A stretch of 64,000 nucleotides of DNA from Candidatus Magasanikiibacteriota bacterium (GTDB taxonomy: Bacteria > Patescibacteriota > Patescibacteriia > Magasanikbacterales > UBA922). The position numbers and the translations under genes are program-made. Under the pieces are notes generated by a model that was given only the letters and a program-made list of their open reading frames with translations, did not search any database and was not told where the DNA came from. Positions 37,433 to 48,484 of the stretch are shown here, in pieces. Location: assembly GCA_016193335.1 (NCBI GenBank), contig JACPSK010000001.1, positions 279,424 through 343,423 on the forward strand, read 5' to 3'. The number at the start of each line of letters is the position of its first letter. The stretch's first letter is position 1.

Positions 37433-38839
37433 TCAATCATCATACCTCTCTCCACCTATCAAGGCGGAAACTTCTTTGAATTTTTCTTTAAATAATTCCG
37501 CGGTCCCTGCTTCAAGATTCAACCGGAGCAAAGGTTCATTGGCCGAAGGCCGCACATTAAAATGCCAGTCTGGATACGACACAGACAAGCCGTCGGTCTT
37601 CTCAAGGCGAGCGTCTGGATACATCTCTTCCATTTTTTTAAAGACAGATGAAATATCAGACACTCTAAAATTCACTTCGCCGGATATATGGTACTCGCCA
37701 AGAGATGAAATAATTTCAGACAAAGGACGTTTTTCCTTCGCGAGAATCTCCATCATGATAAGCGCAGGTATAAAACCATTGTCCATGTATTTATTGGCGG
37801 AAAAATAATAATGTCCGCTCATCTCTCCGCCAAATACCGAGACGGTCTCCCGCATCTTAGGCTTTATATAGGTGTGTCCAACCCGTTCTATATACCCCTT
37901 GCCCCCGAGTTTGTCAATCCAATTTTGTACCACTTTGGAAGCCCTCAAATCATACACGATTCCAGCACCTTTTTCCTTCTTAAGAAACTGAATGGCCAAA
38001 AGAGCGGCAATAAAATCTCCATGTATAAAATCCCCTTTTTCATCAATAAAAAAACAACGATCACAATCAGCGTCCCAGGCAATACCCAGATCTGCCCTGT
38101 GTTCTCGCACTGCCGCCATAATGGCTTCTCTATTTTTGGGCACCAGAGGATTGGGATCATGGTTGGGAAAATTTCCGTCCGGTTCAAAAAAAAGTTTAAT
38201 TATCTTAATATCAAAGCCCGCAAAAACACGCTCAGCCACCAAGCCGCCCATCCCGTTTCCGGCATCCATCACTACGGTCAATCCTCGTATAAGCTTCGTG
38301 TCTGCAAAATTTCTTACAAAAGACACATAATCTTTCCACAAATCAATCTTTTTGTAAGAAGCTGTTTTAGCGGCTGCCATTCCGCCTTTTTCTCGCGAAG
38401 ACAGAACAAAGTCGTCTGAACGCGCAATAGCTTCCAACTCTTCCATGCCAAGCCCCCTGCCGATCGGGTCCAAAACGCCTTTATCGTTCAAACGCAAAAA
38501 CTTCATCCCATTGTATTTGCCCGGCATATGAGAAGCGGTTACCATGATTCCTCCATCATAGCCGCCATGCCAAACGGCGAAATACAAAACATCAGTGGAA
38601 ACCAAACCCAAATCTTCCACCGCAACCCCTAAACTGCGAAGGCCTTCTATAAGAGCCTTTGAAAGTACGGGAGAAGACAATCTGGCGTCAGACCCGATAA
38701 CTACCCGTTTCGCGCCGGAAAATCGCACAAAAGCCCTGGCTATCAAAAAAACAGTCTCTTCAGTAAGATCCAGGCCATATTCACCCCTCACATCGTAATT
38801 TTTAAACAGACTACTCTTTAGAATTGTGTCCAAAGCCAT
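37433..38839 (-). CDS. Phosphomannomutase/phosphoglucomutase (alpha-D-phosphohexomutase)
   Basis: FKNYDVRG, phosphoserine loop TASHM, metal loop DADCDR, GEMSGH, RPSANEP. Confidence 0.93.
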   Translation of the reverse strand: MALDTILKSSLFKNYDVRGEYGLDLTEETVFLIARAFVRFSGAKRVVIGSDARLSSPVLSKALIEGLRSLGVAVEDLGLVSTDVLYFAVWHGGYDGGIMVTASHMPGKYNGMKFLRLNDKGVLDPIGRGLGMEELEAIARSDDFVLSSREKGGMAAAKTASYKKIDLWKDYVSFVRNFADTKLIRGLTVVMDAGNGMGGLVAERVFAGFDIKIIKLFFEPDGNFPNHDPNPLVPKNREAIMAAVREHRADLGIAWDADCDRCFFIDEKGDFIHGDFIAALLAIQFLKKEKGAGIVYDLRASKVVQNWIDKLGGKGYIERVGHTYIKPKMRETVSVFGGEMSGHYYFSANKYMDNGFIPALIMMEILAKEKRPLSEIISSLGEYHISGEVNFRVSDISSVFKKMEEMYPDARLEKTDGLSVSYPDWHFNVRPSANEPLLRLNLEAGTAELFKEKFKEVSALIGGERYDD

Positions 38840-38956
38840 AATTTATTGATTTTTAATCTTAAATTAGATAGAATGGAGTATATAAAATTAAGTTGATTTA
38901 GGCAAAGCTTAAGTACGGATGGTACAGCTTTGCAGATCTACGTCATCCGTACTACT

Positions 38957-41521
38957 ATGAATCCTCAAAAACTTCTGGATAACTTCTCTACTCACTTAAA
39001 AAACACCATCGCCCGCGCCATTTCTTTGGCTTCATATATACAAGAAGACCAAGTAGAGCCTGTTCATCTCCTTATAGCCCTTACACAAGAAGATGGTTCG
39101 GTTGGAATGGAGATGTTAAAAAAAACCGGTCTAACACAAAAAAGTGTCACTGAATATCTCTCGACTGCGTATCATATCTCTATCCACAAAACCCAATCCC
39201 TGGACACTGCTCGCAGTCTCCCTGAACTCAGCGAAGGATCAAGAGAAGCTTTGGAACAGGCCCTGCTTTTGGCTTATGACAGAAATCATACGTATATAGG
39301 CACAGAACATCTTTTGTACGGCCTTGTGCATGGGCACGACAAAAAAATCCAAAACATTTTTATAGCTCACCGCGTTGAATTCCAAAATATAGAGGCCATG
39401 CTCGAGGCGATTCTCGAAAATACCAGCAAACTCTCCGGCTTGAATGCCGAATCAGGAGAAAACACGACAACAGAACTCGAAAGTCCTGAAACAGACACGC
39501 CGCATATGCCGCTCCCAAGCCTCATGCCTATAATGGGCCTGTCACAAAAAAAACAAAAACACCAAGCTTCGGCGCTGGAACAATTTACCGCGGATCTTAC
39601 CGGGTCTTCCTTACAAAAAAATATAGATCCTGTGATAGGACGGGAGAAGGAGCTTGAACGCATCGTTCATATTCTCTCTCGAAGAACCAAAAATAATCCT
39701 ATTCTCATAGGAGAACCCGGAGTGGGCAAGACGGCCATAGCCGAAGGTTTGGCAAAAAAAATTAACCTCCGTCAGGTCCCTGACCTCTTAAAACGAAAAA
39801 AAATACGCTCCCTTGACCTTACTTTGCTTATAGCCGGTACCATTTACCGCGGCGAATTTGAATCCCGTCTCAAACAAGTCATAGACGAACTATCCGAACG
39901 CGACGATTGCATTTTGTTTATAGACGAACTGCACAACATCATAGGAGCCGGATCAAACCAAGGAACTCTTGACGCGGCCAATATCCTCAAACCCGCCTTG
40001 GCCAGAGGCCAGTTGCGTTGTATAGGAGCGACTACGTATGATGAATACAAAAAATACATAGCCTCTGATCCTGCTCTTGAACGTCGTTTTGAACCAATCC
40101 ACGTCAAAGAACCGGATGAAGCCCAAACATACCAGATACTCGAAGGCTTGAAACCTCATTATGAACAATTCCATCATCTGCGCATAAACACAGGCGCGCT
40201 CAAGAGAGCCGTTGAGCTGAGTTCGAAATACATCAATGACAAATTCCAGCCCGACAAGAGCATAGACCTCATGGATGAAGCCGCGGCCGCGGTTCGCAGC
40301 TCTCAAAAAGACAGCCTTTCAAAACAAAAAATAGACCTTCTCCTCGACCGCAAAATTATCGGCGAAGAAAAAAAACAAAAAGCCATACAAGAAGAACGCC
40401 TCAAAGACGCTCTCCAATATAAAAAAGAAATAACACGCTTGGAAAAACAGATACAGAGCCTGGAAAAACAAGGCTTAGAAGAAAAAAAGGGTTCTGCCAA
40501 GACTCAAGTCACTGAAAAAGATGTGATTAAGGCCCTCAGTCTCAAATTAAACATTGATGCTTCTATTCTTGAACGAGACGATTGGCAAAATATCCAAACT
40601 CTGGAAAAACGCCTAAAAAACTCAATCGTAGGCCAAGACCAGGCTATCAGACAAGTAATAAATGTACTCAAAAAATCTTATATCGGCATCAAAGACGATC
40701 AAAAACCCTTCGCTTCCCTGTTGTTCGTCGGGCCGAGCGGAGTGGGCAAAACCGAGCTTGCGAAAGCATTGGCGAGAGAACTCTACCAAGACCCCAAAGC
40801 CCTGATCAGACTCGATATGAGTGAATTTGCGGAAGCGCACAGTGTTTCCAAACTCCTCGGAGCGCCGGCCGGATATTTGGGATTCAAAGAACGCAATCGT
40901 TTTTTTGAAGAAATACAAAAACGGCCTTATTCCATTGTGCTCTTCGACGAAATAGATAAAGCTCATCCTGATGTAGCCAAACTTTTGCTCCAAATTTTGG
41001 ACGAGGGCACACTCACCGACAGCAATGGAAAACGAGTATTTTTTAAACACGCGGTCATTATTTTAACGAGCAATCTGGGTTCTGATATTTTTAAATCATC
41101 AGGGATAGGTTTCGGACAAACGGTAAAAAATGGCGCTCACGACCGCAAAGCCGTTGAATCAAAAGTGAAATCTCTGCTCAAACAAGAAATAGGGAGCTCT
41201 ATACTCAGCCGTATCGGGCAAACGCTGTTATTTTATCCGCTTGGTCAACCGGAACTCAAAATTATTGTAAAACGACATATCGCTGACATCAATAAAAAAC
41301 TCAAGAAAAAAAGAAACATGACTATAAGCGCCGACGCCAAAGCTTTGCGCTCAATCATCACCGAAAGCTATGATCAAGACAGCGGAGCCAGAAACATCCA
41401 CCAAAATGTGGACAGCATACTCAATGATCTCATAGTCAACATATTGGGCAAAGATTCAACGGAAACGAGGAAAAAACGCTATGTTTTAACCCATGAAACT
41501 CAACATTTCAAATTGATCTAA
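38957..41521 (+). CDS. clpC: Clp protease ATP-binding subunit (ClpC-like)
   Basis: Two Clp-N repeats, NBD1 GEPGVGKT / LFIDELH / DPALERRF, coiled-coil M-domain, NBD2 GPSGVGKT / RLDMSEF / LFDEIDKAH. Confidence 0.9.
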   Translation: MNPQKLLDNFSTHLKNTIARAISLASYIQEDQVEPVHLLIALTQEDGSVGMEMLKKTGLTQKSVTEYLSTAYHISIHKTQSLDTARSLPELSEGSREALEQALLLAYDRNHTYIGTEHLLYGLVHGHDKKIQNIFIAHRVEFQNIEAMLEAILENTSKLSGLNAESGENTTTELESPETDTPHMPLPSLMPIMGLSQKKQKHQASALEQFTADLTGSSLQKNIDPVIGREKELERIVHILSRRTKNNPILIGEPGVGKTAIAEGLAKKINLRQVPDLLKRKKIRSLDLTLLIAGTIYRGEFESRLKQVIDELSERDDCILFIDELHNIIGAGSNQGTLDAANILKPALARGQLRCIGATTYDEYKKYIASDPALERRFEPIHVKEPDEAQTYQILEGLKPHYEQFHHLRINTGALKRAVELSSKYINDKFQPDKSIDLMDEAAAAVRSSQKDSLSKQKIDLLLDRKIIGEEKKQKAIQEERLKDALQYKKEITRLEKQIQSLEKQGLEEKKGSAKTQVTEKDVIKALSLKLNIDASILERDDWQNIQTLEKRLKNSIVGQDQAIRQVINVLKKSYIGIKDDQKPFASLLFVGPSGVGKTELAKALARELYQDPKALIRLDMSEFAEAHSVSKLLGAPAGYLGFKERNRFFEEIQKRPYSIVLFDEIDKAHPDVAKLLLQILDEGTLTDSNGKRVFFKHAVIILTSNLGSDIFKSSGIGFGQTVKNGAHDRKAVESKVKSLLKQEIGSSILSRIGQTLLFYPLGQPELKIIVKRHIADINKKLKKKRNMTISADAKALRSIITESYDQDSGARNIHQNVDSILNDLIVNILGKDSTETRKKRYVLTHETQHFKLI

Positions 41522-41577
41522 AAAGCAAAAAAGACAAACACCAATATACATAATCAAAAAATCGTCCCACCAAAGCT

Positions 41578-41925
41578 ATGTCCAACGCTGAAGAACGAAA
41601 ACAAGCGGCGTCTTTCCACGCCAGCAAGCGAAAATCCACGATACACGGGACAACAGATCTTATCGTCCGTGATTCTCGAATTCAGGAAGAGATGACATTT
41701 TATAAAGAAAAATTGACAAAAGCGATAAAAGACAAAGAAATCGCCGTAGCAGAATCTTGCCTGGACAAACTCATGGGATTGAGGACAAAACAACTCGCCT
41801 TCTCTGTCGCGAAACTCAAACAAACAGGCAGAAGTCTGGACAGCAAGGCCTCACAAAAACTCCTGCTCGGCTATCAGGAAGACTGCATCGCTCTGGTTTA
41901 TAGTGTAAAGACGCTGCTGTCATAA
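41578..41925 (+). CDS. Hypothetical helical protein
   Basis: Co-oriented ORF filling the gap between clpC and the next gene. No recognised motif. Confidence 0.6.
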   Translation: MSNAEERKQAASFHASKRKSTIHGTTDLIVRDSRIQEEMTFYKEKLTKAIKDKEIAVAESCLDKLMGLRTKQLAFSVAKLKQTGRSLDSKASQKLLLGYQEDCIALVYSVKTLLS

Positions 41926-41935
41926 ATAAAGGATT

Positions 41936-43867
41936 ATGCCTGTCGCGCAAAGCAAACAAGAACAAGACCTGGACAATTTATTTGCCGTGCGTTTTCTTCC
42001 TCATGTAAATAAAATACTCTCTACCTTGCTCGGCGTATTGCCCGGCCCGGATATCAAACTCTTGAGAGAACAAATAACTTCGTCCCTCACTGACACAGCA
42101 AAAATTCTCTCGAGAAAAGGACTCAAAGATGAACAAAGAGCCGCGTCATTGATGAATGTCATCAAAAATTTTGGTGCTCCGCCTCAAAATCCGGATTCCC
42201 TTGAAAATGAACTGGACGATGCTTATTCGGATTTGGAAGAAGAAGACGGAAAACAGACAGAAGAAAAAACCGAACAAAAAAACGACCAGAGAGATAAAGC
42301 CGCTCAAGAACCCGAAGACAAAACACGGGCCGAGGCAGAAGACAGCGCGGGCAGAAAAAAAACAGCTAAGCCGGCTTCAAACGCAGAGAAGCCAGACAAA
42401 ACTGGAGACCAAAAGCAAGCAGAGCATGGTCTCCCCCCTGATGATGAAGCGCAGAAACCAAAACAAGAACCTCAAAATCCAAAGTCGGACACTGCCACTG
42501 AACAAAGGGCCGCGGAATCACCTGAAACCGTACCGGCGCAACAAAAACCGGGAGAAGCGGATAGAAAACCGCCTGTTCGTGAACAGCAAAAACCAAATGA
42601 CGAACAAGAACCAGACAACGAAAAAAACAAACCTGAAGAAAAAACACCGGAAACAGAAAAAAAACCGACAGAAGACAGCCCTACAAAGAAACAAGGCGAA
42701 ACAGAACAAGAATCCTCCCGCCATCCTGCCCAAACAAGCAGTCACGAAGACACGGACGTGGTTGAACAACTAAAAAAACTAGGAGATATCAAATCAGAAG
42801 GAGAAGAAAAAGCTGGGCAAGAACCCAAAGGAACCGGTGAAGAGATTCCTGAAAGAGAAACAACGGGACAAGAGCAAAAATCTCCCGGGATTTCCACAGA
42901 AGGCAAAAACGCGGGAGATCAAGCAATTGAAAATGAAAAAGGTGATGAAGGAGATCAAGAGAATAAAGACAACAGAGGAAAAGAGCCTGAAGCAGAAAAA
43001 AAAGGGCAAGACCAAAAAAAACCTGACGCGGAGGAAGACGCCAATTCGCCGGACGCGAAAGCAAATGAACCTGAAAAAAAACCCGAGGACAAAAATGCCA
43101 AACCGGAGGATGAGGAGAATAAAGACCAGGACTTGGAAAAAGAGCTCGAGGAAGCCTATAAAGACGATGGAGAAGACAAAGAACAGCAAGGCAAAGGAAT
43201 GGAACAAGACCAAGAAGGGCAAGAAAGACCGGGAGGAAAAGGCGGACCAGGCGAGCCCGAACAGAGAGAAGCGGATGAAGAGGGAGCTCAGGACCAAAAT
43301 CAGGAAACTCAGAAGAAAATGATGCAAGAGCAGAAAAAAAGAGGACAAAACACAGAAGCCAAAATACAAGCCTTGCAAAAAAAATTGACAAAAGCTCAAA
43401 AGAAAACCGAACAAATATCCAAAAAAAGAAGCAAACCTTTTGAAAGACAACGCAGCGCGCTCAAAAAACAAAAAGCGGTTTTGCAATTAGAAAAACTAAT
43501 GATATACGTCAAGATGCTTATCGCCATTTTGTGGTGGCTTCTCTTGGCTATTCTTTGGCTTCTTGTTATTATTATATCAATCCCTCTCTTATTTTTTGTA
43601 ATCGGATTCCCCATCATGGGATTCGCGGCCAGGCAGCTGGCAACTGACACCATCAACCTATTCAAAAGACTGGCCGATTACGAAATTCAAATACAGAAAA
43701 TCAACGCGCGGATAAAAACAATAAACAATGAAATCAAAATCCTTAATAAAAAAATCATGGCTATCCAAGGAACCGCGAACAGCAAGCTCAGAGGATACAG
43801 TGAACAGATCCTGCAACAAATCCAAGAACTCCAAACGAAAGGCCTACAAAACCCTTTGACGCGATAA
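41936..43867 (+). CDS. Hypothetical protein: long E/K/Q/P-rich disordered region, coiled coils flanking a hydrophobic hairpin
   Basis: About 370 aa of low complexity, then coiled coil, hydrophobic stretch MLIAILWWLLLAILWLLVIIISIPLLFFVIGFP, then coiled coil. Confidence 0.75.
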   Translation: MPVAQSKQEQDLDNLFAVRFLPHVNKILSTLLGVLPGPDIKLLREQITSSLTDTAKILSRKGLKDEQRAASLMNVIKNFGAPPQNPDSLENELDDAYSDLEEEDGKQTEEKTEQKNDQRDKAAQEPEDKTRAEAEDSAGRKKTAKPASNAEKPDKTGDQKQAEHGLPPDDEAQKPKQEPQNPKSDTATEQRAAESPETVPAQQKPGEADRKPPVREQQKPNDEQEPDNEKNKPEEKTPETEKKPTEDSPTKKQGETEQESSRHPAQTSSHEDTDVVEQLKKLGDIKSEGEEKAGQEPKGTGEEIPERETTGQEQKSPGISTEGKNAGDQAIENEKGDEGDQENKDNRGKEPEAEKKGQDQKKPDAEEDANSPDAKANEPEKKPEDKNAKPEDEENKDQDLEKELEEAYKDDGEDKEQQGKGMEQDQEGQERPGGKGGPGEPEQREADEEGAQDQNQETQKKMMQEQKKRGQNTEAKIQALQKKLTKAQKKTEQISKKRSKPFERQRSALKKQKAVLQLEKLMIYVKMLIAILWWLLLAILWLLVIIISIPLLFFVIGFPIMGFAARQLATDTINLFKRLADYEIQIQKINARIKTINNEIKILNKKIMAIQGTANSKLRGYSEQILQQIQELQTKGLQNPLTR

Positions 43868-43958
43868 AACATGACATATTGTTTTTATAAACCCCACTTT
43901 GTTCTCTATTTTCCAAAACAATATGTTTGATGGAATAAATTTGATTTAGTCATCACCT

Positions 43959-45206
43959 ATGGACAGAAAACGCCTTGTCTTTGCCCTCATATTCGCCGTC
44001 ATCAGCATACTGCTCGGTTATGCCATTTATAGGGTTTTCTTTAAAAAAATTCCGGCAGAAAAACCATTGCAGACCGGCATAACAGACACAAGCGGAACTT
44101 TCCCTGCCATAGAAAGCGGCGGCCCAAAAGAAGGAAGCATCGGTCCCACAGGATTGCCCATAAGTGACACAAAAATCACTCCGACCGGACAGGAAACCGG
44201 CGAAAGCCAGCTCCGTCTGCCACGCACGGCGAGCGGAGAAGAACCGCGTCTTAAAAAAGTAGTGGAAGCCGAGGTCTTGAGCCCCTCCCCCACCAAAAAT
44301 GGCGGAGCGAAATTTTACAACCAAGAAGATGGAAAATTCTACCGCCTCAATCCCGATGGCAGCATGACACCTCTCAGCGATAAAGTATTTTTTAATGTTT
44401 CCAAAGCCACCTGGTCGCCGTCCAACAATGAAAGTATCATCGAATATCCGGATGGTGCGAACATATACTACAATTTTGACACCGGACGCCAAGTGAGCCT
44501 CCCCAAACACTGGGAAGAATTCAGTTTTTCCCCTCAAGGAGAAAAAGTGGCTGCCAAAAGCATGGGTCTTTCTCCGGACAACCGATGGCTCATCACATCA
44601 AACCCGGACAGTTCTGAAATCAAACTGGTGGAACCTATGGGAAAAAACGCGGACAAAGTTACGGTTGATTGGTCTCCAAACAAGCAAATCGTAGCCCTGT
44701 CCAGAACAGGAGATTCTCTCGGATCAGATAGACAAGAAGTGCTCCTCGTGGGCCAAAATAAAGAAAATTTCAAATCCATCGTCGTGGAAGGCAGAGGCCT
44801 AAAGACCGCCTGGTCCGCGAGCGGCGGCAAATTGCTCCACAGCGTGTACAACGCGAGAAACGATTTTAAACCTGAGCTCTGGATCGTGAATGCGGAAGGA
44901 GACAACATCGGGTCAAACCGAAAACTTTTAAACGTAAGCACTTGGGCAGATAAATGCGCCATGCCGGATGAACGCTTTGCTTATTGCGGCGTACCGACCA
45001 CTTTGCAAACCGGAGCGGGCTTCGCGCCGGATCTTGCCAACGACACGCCGGATTTGCTTTATAAAATAGACACCGTAACTGGCATAAAAACGCAGATTCC
45101 TCTTGAAGGTTTTCACGTTATAAACAAAATCATCATATCCCCCGACGCCAAGACTCTTTATTTCACGGGTAAAAATGAAACAGGCTTAAATCAGGTAAAA
45201 TTATAG
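43959..45206 (+). CDS. Membrane-anchored TolB/WD40-like beta-propeller protein
   Basis: N-terminal TM and repeated blade motifs WSPS, FSPQG, WSPNK, WSASG, ISPDAKTLYF. Confidence 0.75.
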   Translation: MDRKRLVFALIFAVISILLGYAIYRVFFKKIPAEKPLQTGITDTSGTFPAIESGGPKEGSIGPTGLPISDTKITPTGQETGESQLRLPRTASGEEPRLKKVVEAEVLSPSPTKNGGAKFYNQEDGKFYRLNPDGSMTPLSDKVFFNVSKATWSPSNNESIIEYPDGANIYYNFDTGRQVSLPKHWEEFSFSPQGEKVAAKSMGLSPDNRWLITSNPDSSEIKLVEPMGKNADKVTVDWSPNKQIVALSRTGDSLGSDRQEVLLVGQNKENFKSIVVEGRGLKTAWSASGGKLLHSVYNARNDFKPELWIVNAEGDNIGSNRKLLNVSTWADKCAMPDERFAYCGVPTTLQTGAGFAPDLANDTPDLLYKIDTVTGIKTQIPLEGFHVINKIIISPDAKTLYFTGKNETGLNQVKL

Positions 45207-45352
45207 CTGTGAAATCTCTCTTTAATAAAACAGAAATGTTGAGGAGCAGGTCTAATACTCGGTTCGGCCTTCGCTCCAGTTCGCCATTTTAAGAATGTCA
45301 ATAAACCAACGGTGAAACCCCATAACCCAAAGCCACTGCGTTACAAAGCAAT

Positions 45353-46003
45353 ATGTTAAAAACTCGTCACCTCATGTTTATTTTCATACCTGCCACGCTT
45401 TTGGCCGCCGTTTTTCTTTTCGTCCGCGTGGTGCAATATCAGCCGCTCTTTCCAAAAGAAGACAAAACCGAAAATCCGGAAAGCAAAACGCTTTCAGTGC
45501 CCATATTTCCCGATGACCCAATTCTGGGAAACAAAAAAGCCGGCACAGGAATTGTGGCTTTCGAAGATTTTGGCTGTGAAGCTTGCAAAGAGCAAACGGC
45601 TATTTTTGAAGAATTGGTAAACAAATATCCTGGCGCTATAAGAATTATCTGGAAAGGCTTGCCGGTAACACAATTCCCCTACCCCACCGAGCTCGCCGAG
45701 AGCTACGGATATTGCGCGAATAAACAAGGAATGTTCGATATTTTCAAAACCTATGCTTTCAGTAACAGCGGCAATCTTTCACAAACAAGTCTTGATATCA
45801 TTTCAGAGGAAATAAAACTGAACAAAGAAAAACTGACCGAGTGTCTGGAATCTCCCGCTACCGCAAACCACATAACGCAGACAAAACAAATTGCCCGCAT
45901 ACTCAATATTCAGGCAGTACCGGCCATATTTGTGAATGGAAAGCAAATTGATCCGCCAAAGAGTCTGGAAGGCTGGGAGACGCTTTTGGGGTTATCACAA
46001 TAA
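45353..46003 (+). CDS. DsbA-family thiol-disulfide oxidoreductase
   Basis: N-terminal TM, DDPILG, FEDFGCEACK (CxxC), cis-Pro motif AVPAIFVNG. Confidence 0.88.
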   Translation: MLKTRHLMFIFIPATLLAAVFLFVRVVQYQPLFPKEDKTENPESKTLSVPIFPDDPILGNKKAGTGIVAFEDFGCEACKEQTAIFEELVNKYPGAIRIIWKGLPVTQFPYPTELAESYGYCANKQGMFDIFKTYAFSNSGNLSQTSLDIISEEIKLNKEKLTECLESPATANHITQTKQIARILNIQAVPAIFVNGKQIDPPKSLEGWETLLGLSQ

Positions 46004-46009
46004 GTATCT

Positions 46010-48448
46010 ATGAAATTTTTGCCGTTTTCCTTCAAATCCGCGATCATACCCATGATCGGACTTCTTTTTTTATGTCCTTTTCAAACTTCTGCCGCCGAAG
46101 TGCCCAATATTACCGTAGTAAGCTACAACATTCAGGGTGGCTGTTCGGCGCCCATGGATGAAGGCAGCTATAATTTGGACAAAACAATAGCAGAGCTGCA
46201 ATCACTAAACGCCGACATAATTTTTCTCCAAGAAGTACAAGGACAGTCTGTTTCAAAAGGAACCTGCAAAAAATCATTCAACAAAAATCAATATAGCACC
46301 ATAGCTTCCGAGCTTAAGATGAAGTCTTATTATTCCCAGCGTCTTCAAATTTTAGCGCGCAGTGATTTTAAGCTGACAGATACAAAATCAGTTCAATACA
46401 ATGCCCAAAAATCTTCAGGAACCAAACGTTATTACGCAAGAGGGCAAGTCGAGACCTCCGATGGCTTCAAATTTATTGTATACAATACCCACGCGGAACG
46501 TTTCGATCCTCTCCAACGCATAGCCCAAATAAAACAGTTGGCAGCGGACGCTGCTCAAGAAACATTCCCTGTCATAGTCGGGGGAGATTTCAATGAATGT
46601 TCAGACGAACCATTCAAAATATTCGGCCTGTCATTCAATGCCGCGCTCGGATCCACGGCCACCTTTACCCCGCTTCAGCCCAAAAGCTCAAAAACCTTGC
46701 AAGATCTCATAAAAAGTTCAAGCTGTAAATTGACGGTCTCAAATATCAATGAACGGCTTGATTATCTCTTCGGCAGCAAGACACATTGGGTTTTGACAAA
46801 CGCGACTGTGGTCACTGGTGCTGGCGCCACTTCGGATCATTATCCCATTACCACCACCTTCCAAGCCACTGAAGGAGCCATTGCTCTCTCCGGACTTGGT
46901 ACTCCCCCTCCCGCGGCACCCGCCTCGCCACCCGCCCCCCAACCCGGCAAAGGCAACTTTGGCAAAGAATGCGACACCGACGCGGATTGTCCGGTGGGGA
47001 ATGAATGCGAACAGAGCATACATCCGAATGGAAAAGAATACTGTGTTTGTGAAGAGGCGGCGCATTGCGTGGAAGAATATGGCGGAGACGTAAAAGAATG
47101 GACCTGTTCCAATGGGAGTAATGTGTCGTATGAGTTGAATTATTGTTTAAAAGGAAGCACGCCCTATTATCCGATCGGAGAAAATCCGGCGGCAAAGAAT
47201 GTAACGAGTGATGTGGGGCGAGCTTTTGATGGGGCGGCCCTCTCTGAGAGTGAAATACAAAAACTCCTCAAGAAGCCGGTGCCCAAGATCAGGATTCCGG
47301 GGTTGGAGTTTAGTGAGATTGATATAGAAAGACTGCGCGGAGATGGCGTGGACGCCTCGTATCTCTATATTCCTTTTTTAGGAGAATATATCGCGGCTGT
47401 GTACAAATTTAGCGTTATCCTTATTACCGTATTATCTACCGCGCTTCTCATTCTCGGAGGCCTGCAATGGACTCTCAAAGGAGGAGGCACAGGAAATGAA
47501 GAGGTGAAAAAACGCATTACTGGCAGTATCATAGGTCTTCTTCTTTCTCTGGGTTCTTACACAGTCCTTTATCTCGTTAATCCGAATTTACTGGAATTTA
47601 AGGCTCTAAGGGTTCAATTTATAGCTCCTGAACCCTATGCCGACTATGAGGAATTGCCGGAAACCGCTGATTTCGGATATGCGCAAGGATCAGGGCCAGT
47701 CAGCGCCGAAGCGCAAAAAACCATAGGCGGCCTAATCGGCGGGCCGAATACCCTTACGGCTTGCTCCAAAGAAGCGGCTCAAAACGCCTCCCAAAAACTA
47801 CATGACTTAAAAATTTGCACAGGGCCCTGCCATTGTGGCTATACCGCAACTAGATTCTTATCCTATATAGGATGCGGCAACAAAACGCTCAGCGGAGGCG
47901 CGAATATAAACGTTCCGTCTCTGGAACAGCAAGGATGGATTTCAGCAAAAATCAGCCAAGAAAACTACAAATCCCTCCCGGTAGGGCTCTTATGGTTTCC
48001 CGGTCACAATGGCGTTTCCATAGGCGACGGAAAACTATTCGAATCAACTCCGGGCAAAGCCTTCCAACGAGTGGCGGAGGGGACCTCTTGTCCCATCGAA
48101 ATTACCGATGTCCCGGCCGGTTCCGGCATCTGCGATGCCTGTTCAAAACTACAAGGGCACGGTCCGGCGTCCAAATTATACTTTCGGCCGCGCGATCCAC
48201 GAGCCTGCCATAGTAACCAAGGTTGGTCTCAAGGAACCCATGTAAAAGCATTCAGACTTGTGGTTTTCCCTGCTGATACTGCCCCAAACAAACCGCCGCT
48301 CGGTTGCTGCAAAATAAATAATAAAGATACTTACTTTTCTTCTGAACTTTTTTGCAAAGAATTCAGTATCAGATGGAAAAATAAGGCTTACGTCAATCTT
48401 CCGTATACTTGGGATTCTTCCATAACCGACAAAAATCTGTGTAAATAA
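46010..48448 (+). CDS. Modular secreted protein: EEP nuclease/phosphatase + 8-Cys module + pilin hairpin + NlpC/P60-like domain
   Basis: Signal peptide. EEP motifs SYNIQ, DIIFLQEV, YNTH, IVGGDFN, RLDYLF, SDHYPI. Pilin motif IPFLGEYIA..GGLQW..KKRITGSIIGL..SYTVLYLVNPNL. C-terminal HCG..GHNGVSIGDGKLFES. Confidence 0.8.
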   Translation: MKFLPFSFKSAIIPMIGLLFLCPFQTSAAEVPNITVVSYNIQGGCSAPMDEGSYNLDKTIAELQSLNADIIFLQEVQGQSVSKGTCKKSFNKNQYSTIASELKMKSYYSQRLQILARSDFKLTDTKSVQYNAQKSSGTKRYYARGQVETSDGFKFIVYNTHAERFDPLQRIAQIKQLAADAAQETFPVIVGGDFNECSDEPFKIFGLSFNAALGSTATFTPLQPKSSKTLQDLIKSSSCKLTVSNINERLDYLFGSKTHWVLTNATVVTGAGATSDHYPITTTFQATEGAIALSGLGTPPPAAPASPPAPQPGKGNFGKECDTDADCPVGNECEQSIHPNGKEYCVCEEAAHCVEEYGGDVKEWTCSNGSNVSYELNYCLKGSTPYYPIGENPAAKNVTSDVGRAFDGAALSESEIQKLLKKPVPKIRIPGLEFSEIDIERLRGDGVDASYLYIPFLGEYIAAVYKFSVILITVLSTALLILGGLQWTLKGGGTGNEEVKKRITGSIIGLLLSLGSYTVLYLVNPNLLEFKALRVQFIAPEPYADYEELPETADFGYAQGSGPVSAEAQKTIGGLIGGPNTLTACSKEAAQNASQKLHDLKICTGPCHCGYTATRFLSYIGCGNKTLSGGANINVPSLEQQGWISAKISQENYKSLPVGLLWFPGHNGVSIGDGKLFESTPGKAFQRVAEGTSCPIEITDVPAGSGICDACSKLQGHGPASKLYFRPRDPRACHSNQGWSQGTHVKAFRLVVFPADTAPNKPPLGCCKINNKDTYFSSELFCKEFSIRWKNKAYVNLPYTWDSSITDKNLCK
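46944..47319 (+). repeat. 376-bp intragenic direct repeat, copy 1
   Basis: Matches 50400-50775 at constant offset 3456, about 19 mismatches by hand count (~95%), no indels. Confidence 0.93.
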
Positions 48449-48484
48449 AATACGCGCCAGTCTTTGTCCCTGCGCTTAATTTTT

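Noticed and set aside
42156-43486. Several long overlapping ORFs in other frames and strands
   Set aside because: By-products of the purine-rich low-complexity sequence of the 643-aa gene.
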